A stretch of 64,000 nt of DNA from Parcubacteria bacterium RAAC4_OD1_1. GTDB lineage: Bacteria; Patescibacteriota; Minisyncoccia; Phycocordibacterales; UBA9973. A program made the translations under genes and the position numbers. The notes under the pieces are model-generated. The model had not been told where the DNA came from, did no database searches, and saw only the letters and a list, made by a program, of their open reading frames with translations. Where the stretch lies: NCBI GenBank assembly GCA_000505065.1, contig AWSN01000001.1, positions 403,647 to 467,646 of the forward strand, in the 5' to 3' direction. The first letter of the stretch is position 1; every line of letters starts with the position of its first letter. Positions 58,428-64,000 of the stretch are shown here, one piece after another.

Positions 58428-60335
58428 CTACTTACTACTTTCTACTTCCTTTTCTTTAGGTAAAATACCATTTGCAATTATTATTTGATTGTATTCTTCT
58501 TGTTCAAGTGTTTCTACTTCTATAAGCTTTTTAGCAATAGCGTCTAAAACTGTTTTCTTGTCTTTCAAAATTTCTCGAGCTTTAGAGAAAGCTTCATTCA
58601 TAATTTTAGAAACTTCTTTATCTATTGTCTCGCTAGTTTTTTCTCCATACTCTTTATCTTCTACCCCTCTGCCAAACATAGTGCGCCCTCCATCACTCTC
58701 AAGAGCTACAGGCCCTATCTCATCTGACATTCCCCAGCGTGTCACCATTGCTCGAGCAAGATTTGTCGCAACTTGAAGATCATTTGATGGCCCTGTGGTA
58801 ATATCTCCAAAAATCATTTCTTCGGCCACATATCCACCAAGCGACATAGCAATGTCATCTAAAAATTCTTTTTTACTTTGAAGCCTTCTCTCTTCTAAAG
58901 GAAGTTTAAGAGTATAACCACCTGCATGACCTCGAGAAACTATAGAGACCTTATGTACTGGATCTGCATAAGGAAGCACTGAAGCAACAAGTGCATGCCC
59001 TGCTTCATGATAAGCTGTAATTTCTTTTTCTTTTTTAGACAGAAGATGACTCTTTCTCTCTGGCCCCATCATTACTTTTTCAATAGAGCGAATAAGATCG
59101 AATTGGGCAACTTTTTTTCTATCTTCTCTGGCAGCAAGTATCGCTCCTTCGTTCATAAGTGAATAAAGGTCTGCACCAGAAAACCCTGGAGTTCTCTCTG
59201 CTACAACTTTCAAATTTACATCTTCTGCAAAAGGCTTTTTTCTGGAATGAATTTCAAGAATTTCAAGTCTGTCAGCTCTATCTGGTAATTCAAGTATTAC
59301 TCGTCGATCAAAACGCCCTGGACGAAGGAGTGCTGGATCAAGCACGTCTGAACGATTTGTCGCTGCCATCACTATCACTTTTTCGTTTGGTTCAAAACCA
59401 TCCATTTCTACAAGTATCTGATTCAAAGTCTGCTCTCTTTCATCATTTCCTCCTCCAACTCCAGTACCACGCACTCTTCCTACTGCATCTATCTCATCTA
59501 TAAAAACGATTGCTGGGGCTGCACGTTTGGCCATTTTAAATAAATCTCGGACTCGAGACGCTCCTACTCCTACAAACATCTCAACAAATTCAGATCCAGA
59601 CAAATGGAAGAACGGCACAGCCGCCTCTCCTGCAACGGCTCTTGCAAGTAAAGTTTTACCTGTACCTGGGGCTCCGGTTAGAAGTACTCCTTTTGGAATT
59701 CTCGCTCCTATGTCTAGAAACTTTTTTGGATTCTTTAAAAAATCAACTATTTCTTTGAGTTCTTCTTTGGCTTCTTTTGCTCCTGCGACATCTTTAAATG
59801 TCACTTTATTATTCTTGTCATTTGGGTCTGTAATTCTGGCTTTTGATTGACCGAAAGTAAAAGCTTGCATACCTTGGCCCTTCACTTGGCGAGTAAGCAT
59901 CCAAATAAAAAATACTATAAGTAATACTGGGAGAAGAAAAGGTAAAATATTTAAAATCCAATATCCAAATCCTGATTCATTTTTTATCTCGATGGGAGTA
60001 TTTGCAAGTTCTTCTGGTGTTACTCCATAATTATACAAAGTCTCTGAAAGTGAACTTTCAGCTTCTTTTTGAGCTTTACCTTTTGTCTCATCTTTAAAAG
60101 TTAAATCCACCTTACTACCAACAACTTCTATTTTCCCAATACTTTGATCTTTTATACCTTTTGCAACATCTGAAATAGTTAATTCTTTTATATCTTCTGG
60201 AGCTTTATAGACTAATGTATAAACAAGAGTAATACTTATAAAAATAAACATTGCCACAATTATTTGATTCATTAAATTGGGGACTTTCTTTTGATTATTC
60301 GGTTTTTTACCTAAATTTTGATTTTTCATTTGCAT
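58428..60335 (-). CDS. ftsH: ATP-dependent zinc metalloprotease FtsH
   Basis: Two N-terminal TMs. AAA+ Walker [17 protein letters not shown] zinc site. Confidence 0.95.
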   Translation of the reverse strand: MQMKNQNLGKKPNNQKKVPNLMNQIIVAMFIFISITLVYTLVYKAPEDIKELTISDVAKGIKDQSIGKIEVVGSKVDLTFKDETKGKAQKEAESSLSETLYNYGVTPEELANTPIEIKNESGFGYWILNILPFLLPVLLIVFFIWMLTRQVKGQGMQAFTFGQSKARITDPNDKNNKVTFKDVAGAKEAKEELKEIVDFLKNPKKFLDIGARIPKGVLLTGAPGTGKTLLARAVAGEAAVPFFHLSGSEFVEMFVGVGASRVRDLFKMAKRAAPAIVFIDEIDAVGRVRGTGVGGGNDEREQTLNQILVEMDGFEPNEKVIVMAATNRSDVLDPALLRPGRFDRRVILELPDRADRLEILEIHSRKKPFAEDVNLKVVAERTPGFSGADLYSLMNEGAILAAREDRKKVAQFDLIRSIEKVMMGPERKSHLLSKKEKEITAYHEAGHALVASVLPYADPVHKVSIVSRGHAGGYTLKLPLEERRLQSKKEFLDDIAMSLGGYVAEEMIFGDITTGPSNDLQVATNLARAMVTRWGMSDEIGPVALESDGGRTMFGRGVEDKEYGEKTSETIDKEVSKIMNEAFSKAREILKDKKTVLDAIAKKLIEVETLEQEEYNQIIIANGILPKEKEVESSK

Positions 60336-60344
60336 AGTTTAAAT

Positions 60345-60372
60345 ATTATACCTTGTAGTGAATTTTTATCAA
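60345..60372 (-). promoter_or_regulatory. ftsH promoter (TTGATA-16-TATAAT) carrying the conserved block CACTACAAGGTATAAT (one mismatch to the other two copies)
   Basis: Coding-strand sense reads ttgataaaaattcactacaaggtataat, 10 nt before the ATG. Confidence 0.5.
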
Positions 60373-60410
60373 AATTTAGATTTATAAAATATATTTGATA
60401 AAAATTAGAC

Positions 60411-60448
60411 AAAAAAAATAGAGCCTGACATATAAATCTGTCAGGCTC
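60411..60448 (-). terminator. Rho-independent terminator of the 60469..60924 gene
   Basis: Minus-strand sense: gagcctgaca-gatttata-tgtcaggctc followed by TATTTTTTTT. Confidence 0.65.
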
Positions 60449-60468
60449 CCCGGTAAACCGGTAACTTT

Positions 60469-60924
60469 TTAAATACGGCCTTCAATGCAGTCGCCAACGG
60501 TAAAATTTTGCAAAGAAGAACAAACCTCTTCGGTTTGAATCCCTCCCCCGGATTCTGAATTTTGGTGAGTAGTGAAATCAATATCACAACTCATAAAAAT
60601 TTCCGATTGCTGATTCATATCACTTGCAACACTATAATCCTTTTTGGTCTGAATCCCCTCCGACGATTCATTCTGATTTGTTGGGTTAGTGATAATGGTC
60701 GAAGTAAATTCCGTCCTTATTGGAATAACAGTAGGCTGAGCAACACCCGCCACCAAACCGACTTCGTTGCTGTTCTGGATCATTTCTGCACCGGTAATGA
60801 CTTTTCCTGTAAGCGAGCAAGAACTTTCGTCATTTTCGTTAACAACTAAAACAGGCGCGCCACGAGCAAGAGCTGAAAAAGCCGCGACGATAATCATCAA
60901 AAAAAATAATTTTTTCATAAGCAT
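60469..60924 (-). CDS. Small secreted Cys-containing protein with an internal duplicated segment. Compositionally atypical (GC well above the local ~30%).
   Basis: Signal peptide MLMKKLFFLMIIVAAFSALA. Repeats …NQNESSEGIQTKKD… / …HQNSESGGGIQTEEV… Six Cys. Confidence 0.45.
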   Translation of the reverse strand: MLMKKLFFLMIIVAAFSALARGAPVLVVNENDESSCSLTGKVITGAEMIQNSNEVGLVAGVAQPTVIPIRTEFTSTIITNPTNQNESSEGIQTKKDYSVASDMNQQSEIFMSCDIDFTTHQNSESGGGIQTEEVCSSLQNFTVGDCIEGRI

Positions 60925-61106
60925 AAAGTCTTAAAAATTTAAACTTCTTTTTGAAAAATAATTCAAATCAACTAACTCTGGGTTCCTTAGTCCCTTTGCC
61001 GTTTGGTATAATTTAAAAGATCTTTCAATTGTTTCAATTTAATCAAAAAGTAAAAAATAAGTCAATAGTGTGGATATTATTTTAATTTGCTGATAATATT
61101 AAGGGT

Positions 61107-61550
61107 ATGGCAATTTATATCGAAAATAGAAAAGCACATTTTAACTATAGTATAGAAGATACTTATGAAGCCGGAATAGAGCTTACAGGTGGAGAGGTAA
61201 AATCTATAAGAAGTGGGAGCGGAAATATAAATTCGGCTTTTTGTATCGTGAGAGGAGGAGAAGCCTTTATTATCGGTATGAATATCCCCCCTTATCAACC
61301 CAAAAACACAAGTGATGGATATGACCCAGAAAAAACTAGGAAATTACTCCTTTCTAAAAAAGAAATAAAAAAACTGGGAGAAAAAGATGATATAAAAGGT
61401 TTGACACTTGTTCCACTTTCAGTGTATAGTAAAGGTCCTTATATTAAAGTCTCTATTGCTATTGGTCGTGGAAAGAAAACCTATGACAAAAGAGAAACCA
61501 TAAAAGGAAGGGACTTAGATAGAGAAATGGAAAGAGAATATAAGAGATAG
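61107..61550 (+). CDS. smpB: SsrA-binding protein
   Basis: MAIYIENRKAHFNYSIEDTYEAGIELTGGEVKS… matches the conserved SmpB N-terminus. C-terminal basic tail. Confidence 0.9.
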   Translation: MAIYIENRKAHFNYSIEDTYEAGIELTGGEVKSIRSGSGNINSAFCIVRGGEAFIIGMNIPPYQPKNTSDGYDPEKTRKLLLSKKEIKKLGEKDDIKGLTLVPLSVYSKGPYIKVSIAIGRGKKTYDKRETIKGRDLDREMEREYKR

Positions 61551-61569
61551 ATCATTGAAAATTTAAATT

Positions 61570-61833
61570 ATGCACTATTTTGTTTACATTCTTCTTAGTA
61601 AAAAAGACAATAAATTATATGTTGGTTGTAGTAATGATGTTTCTAAAAGAATTAAAGAGCATAATTCTGGAAAAGTTTTTGCAACAAAAAATCGCAGACC
61701 ATTTGTTATTATACACACAGAAGAGTTTGAAAACAAAACTGATGCTTTTAACAGAGAAAGATATTTAAAAAGTTTATGGTCTGCAAGATTTAAGAAGAAA
61801 ATCTTAGAAGAATACAAACAAAATAGTGTATAA
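61570..61833 (+). CDS. GIY-YIG nuclease-superfamily small protein (UPF0213-like)
   Basis: VYIL … LYVGCSNDVSKRIKEHNSG. Confidence 0.75.
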   Translation: MHYFVYILLSKKDNKLYVGCSNDVSKRIKEHNSGKVFATKNRRPFVIIHTEEFENKTDAFNRERYLKSLWSARFKKKILEEYKQNSV

Positions 61834-61926
61834 TTATAAGAATGCCATAACTGGTATTTTATGGGCTAAACCATTTTGTACTCAAAATGGTCGCCCGAAC
61901 AAATTTTTTACTAAAAATTTGTTTTA

Positions 61927-62309
61927 GGGAGTGATAGGCTTCGATAGGAAGGATCATTTTATATATGCATGTAAAGTACCCAGGAATCTTTTAAAACTTC
62001 TTGGAAAAGACTAAGTGCAAACAAAGTCGCTTCAGTTAAGTCTCCATATTTTGGAAGCTTAGCTCTCGCATACGCCTAAATTTAGGTCTAGCGAGTGTTC
62101 ACTTTTTAGACATCCGATATAAAAAGTGGGCATAATTTATCGGGTTAAGGATTTGTAAATGCTTGATATAAATCCTAACAATTTAAAGCTCGGTGTTTAT
62201 CTTTATTGTATATTCTCTAGGATAAACATTTAAACCAATTGAATATAATAAACATGTAGAGTTATTTAAAATTTCTTCTTACACGCGGGTTCGAATCCCG
62301 CCACTTCCA
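61927..62309 (+). ncRNA. ssrA: tmRNA (ssrA), standard one-piece. Predicted tag ANKVASVKSPYFGSLALAYA.
   Basis: 5' GGGAGUG pairs with 3' CACUUCC, including the G3·U70 alanine-identity wobble. 3' end GCGGG-UUCGAAU-CCCGC-CACUUCC-A parallels E. coli GCGGG-UUCAACU-CCCGC-CAGCUCC-A. The resume context acuaagu-GCA-AAC parallels E. coli aauaguc-GCA-AAC. Tag frame runs 62017-62076 with TAA stop. CCA not encoded. Confidence 0.8.
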
Positions 62310-62350
62310 CACGTTGAAAAAAGAGCTTCATAAGAGGCCTTTTTTCTTGT

Positions 62351-62500
62351 GTGGAAGTGAGCAAAGTATCTGCATACTTTGCGTACGGGATTCGAAAACC
62401 CTGAGCCTGTAGTTTTAAATTTTTAATTTAAAACTACGCGAAGGGTGTACAGAATCTGTAAGATTCGAAAAGTGTAATCACGGTCCCGTCATCACGTTCT
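62351..62500 (+). other. Unannotated structured non-coding region downstream of ssrA: two perfect hairpins (9-bp and 12-bp stems) flanking a GGGATTCGAAAACCC T-loop-like element
   Basis: agcaaagtat-ctgc-atactttgc, gggattcgaaaaccc, ctgtagttttaaatt-tttaa-tttaaaactacg. No ORF. Confidence 0.3.
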
Positions 62501-62561
62501 AAATTTCCCCACCCCTTGACTTTTTCTTATTTAGTTATATTATTTAAGAAAACTTTAAATT

Positions 62562-62771
62562 ATGAAAAGAGAAGAAAAGACCAAAAGTAATATTTGGCAA
62601 TTGTGTGGTGGAACCATTGTTATAATACTTATGATAATAGCAATGGAGACACGAGAAAAAATTGAGTTGAAAAACTCAAATGAACCCGCCTTAACTGGCA
62701 GTATGATAGAAGCAAAAGACAGCTTAAATGATGTCGATTCATTAAAAATATTTAAAATAAAAAAACCATAA
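62562..62771 (+). CDS. Small hypothetical membrane protein
   Basis: One TM (IWQLCGGTIVIILMIIAM). TTGACT-16-TATTAT promoter upstream. Terminator at 62771-62800 (aattccagcaat-tatt-gctggaatt followed by TTTT). Confidence 0.35.
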   Translation: MKREEKTKSNIWQLCGGTIVIILMIIAMETREKIELKNSNEPALTGSMIEAKDSLNDVDSLKIFKIKKP

Positions 62772-62838
62772 GAATTCCAGCAATTATTGCTGGAATTTTT
62801 TGTTTCTATTTAAACAGACATTGTAGTATAATTAATAG

Positions 62839-63657
62839 ATGAATAAGAAATACAAATCTATTTTAATAATCTTAAGTTTACTAGTTATAATCCTAATAAT
62901 AATTTTGGTATTTGGAAAAGATGATAAAATAATTCCTGTTTTAGATGACAATATATCTAAAGTAGATTCCCCTCTCATAGTAGAAAATTCTTACGAAACT
63001 AAAACATTAAATGAAAATGATCCATATGTAAAATTTGATATTAAATATCCACAATTTAAACAAGTAGATAATTCTTTTAATGAAAATATTTCAAATCTCA
63101 TTAAAGAACAAATAAAAGACACAAAAGAAGTCAGTAGTGAAAACTGGCAAGCTAGATATGATACCCAAATGGAAGGAGAAAATATCGGAAAATACCCAAA
63201 AACTGATGATGAAAAATTCTACTTATATTCTGACTTCAACATAATTCAAAGCAATCCTTATTTTATAAGTTTTATACTTACATATGGGGCTTATACTGGT
63301 GGAGCTCACGGATATGAAGCAAAAGTTTCTTTTAATTATGATGTTTTAAACAAAAAGGTTTTAATGCTAAAAGATGTTTTTTCTCCATCATTTAATTATC
63401 TTGAATATTTATCAAAAGAATCAAGAGATTATCTTTATAAAGAATATGCTGAAGTAAAAAATGGTGAAGAAGGAGATGAAAATATGAAAGATTACTTTGA
63501 TGGAATAAAAGAAATGATAGATATGGGAACAGAAAAAAAAGAGGAAAATTTTGAAACATTCACCTTTACAAAAGAAAAAATAAAAATATATTTCTCACAA
63601 TACCAAGTTGGTCCATATGCTATAGGAATGCCAGAAGTAGAATTCTATAGGAAATAA
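62839..63657 (+). CDS. DUF3298/DUF4163-domain exported protein (RsiV-like)
   Basis: N-terminal signal anchor. AYTGGAHGY motif characteristic of DUF3298. Confidence 0.65.
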   Translation: MNKKYKSILIILSLLVIILIIILVFGKDDKIIPVLDDNISKVDSPLIVENSYETKTLNENDPYVKFDIKYPQFKQVDNSFNENISNLIKEQIKDTKEVSSENWQARYDTQMEGENIGKYPKTDDEKFYLYSDFNIIQSNPYFISFILTYGAYTGGAHGYEAKVSFNYDVLNKKVLMLKDVFSPSFNYLEYLSKESRDYLYKEYAEVKNGEEGDENMKDYFDGIKEMIDMGTEKKEENFETFTFTKEKIKIYFSQYQVGPYAIGMPEVEFYRK

Positions 63658-63666
63658 ATACAACAA

Positions 63667-63700
63667 GAAAATCCCCAACTGAAAGTCGGGGATTTTCTTA
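63667..63700. terminator. Bidirectional terminator between convergent genes
   Basis: gaaaatcccc-aactgaaagtc-ggggattttc. Confidence 0.65.
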
Positions 63701-63714
63701 TAAAATCAACCTAA

Positions 63715-63960
63715 TTACATCTGAGGATTTATAGGTTTTGCAACTTCTTCTAACTTACAACAACCCTTTGCGCAACAATCCTTGCAAGCAAAGATCATAT
63801 ATACAGCAGAAAGACCTACCAAAACATAAACTATCCTTGAAATAAGAGCTCCTTGTCCTCCAAAAATCATTCCTACATCCCAAGAAAATAATCCTACCAA
63901 AAGCCAATTTAATCCACCCACAACAACCAAAACAAATGCTACTGTGTGTAATATTTTCAT
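63715..63960 (-). CDS. DUF378-family small membrane protein with a C-terminal Cys-rich tail
   Basis: GGLNWLLVGLFSWDV. CKDCCAKGCCK tail. Confidence 0.6.
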   Translation of the reverse strand: MKILHTVAFVLVVVGGLNWLLVGLFSWDVGMIFGGQGALISRIVYVLVGLSAVYMIFACKDCCAKGCCKLEEVAKPINPQM

Positions 63961-64000
63961 AGTAAAATTTAATAAATTTAATAATTCGACCGAATAGATT

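Noticed and set aside
62282-62350. Permuted (two-piece) tmRNA: a T-arm and 3' acceptor strand followed downstream by a complementary ggaagtg 5' strand
   Set aside because: A proper 5' strand, GGGAGUG with the G3·U70 wobble, a D-loop analog and a tag reading frame lie upstream at 61927 in the standard order. The downstream complement lacks the G·U pair and is better explained as a 3'-trailer helix.

Overview
AT-rich (~30% GC), gene-dense bacterial window whose gene content matches a Candidate Phyla Radiation / Patescibacteria (Parcubacteria-like) genome. Only gatCA is present, and there are many small membrane proteins, a type IV pilus locus with tandem pilins, a stand-alone LOG protein and tRNAs without encoded CCA. 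Main contents, in order: (1) argS (partial) and an HExxH protein. (2) A tight dTMP/folate cluster: dut, rhodanese, tmk, NUDIX, glyA, divergent thyA-folA, MazG-like and dCMP deaminase. (3) htrA, a CPBP protease, a PduO-type adenosyltransferase and pyrD. (4) An ECF sigma / DUF5667 anti-sigma pair beside a PKD/Fn3 secreted protein. (5) A rubredoxin gene missed by the ORF track. (6) tRNA-Gln, LOG, pyrG-ftsX-ftsE and prfB, which has no programmed frameshift. (7) cysK-like, two tRNA-Thr genes and a csoR-copA-HMA/DsbD_2-cupredoxin copper operon with a textbook CsoR operator inside a leaderless promoter. (8) A tRNA cluster (two tRNA-CAT, tRNA-Asp) with odd partial 5' duplicates, then a HEPN-motif membrane protein, gatA-gatC and ligA. 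(9) A complete type IV pilus locus: four minor pilins, pilD, an IS200/RAYT-like insertion, three tandem major pilins, pilC, pilT, a response regulator, pilB and pilMNO. (10) comFC, a 675-aa BNR-repeat/GLUG/PG-binding surface protein, an ATP-grasp protein, a DksA-like protein and a TSUP transporter. (11) tRNA-Ser(GCU), a type II tRNA with an apparent ACU anticodon, a soluble histidine kinase plus response regulator, recG, a rare tRNA-Ile(UAU) and ftsH. (12) A GC-rich secreted Cys protein, smpB, a GIY-YIG protein and an unannotated tmRNA (ssrA) followed by a structured region. The most striking unexplained signals are an identical 29-nt palindromic element inserted in-frame in both argS and ligA, and a 17-nt spacer/-10 promoter block shared verbatim by three unrelated promoters. 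The partial tRNA duplications and the pilin paralogy with an in-frame helix deletion are next.
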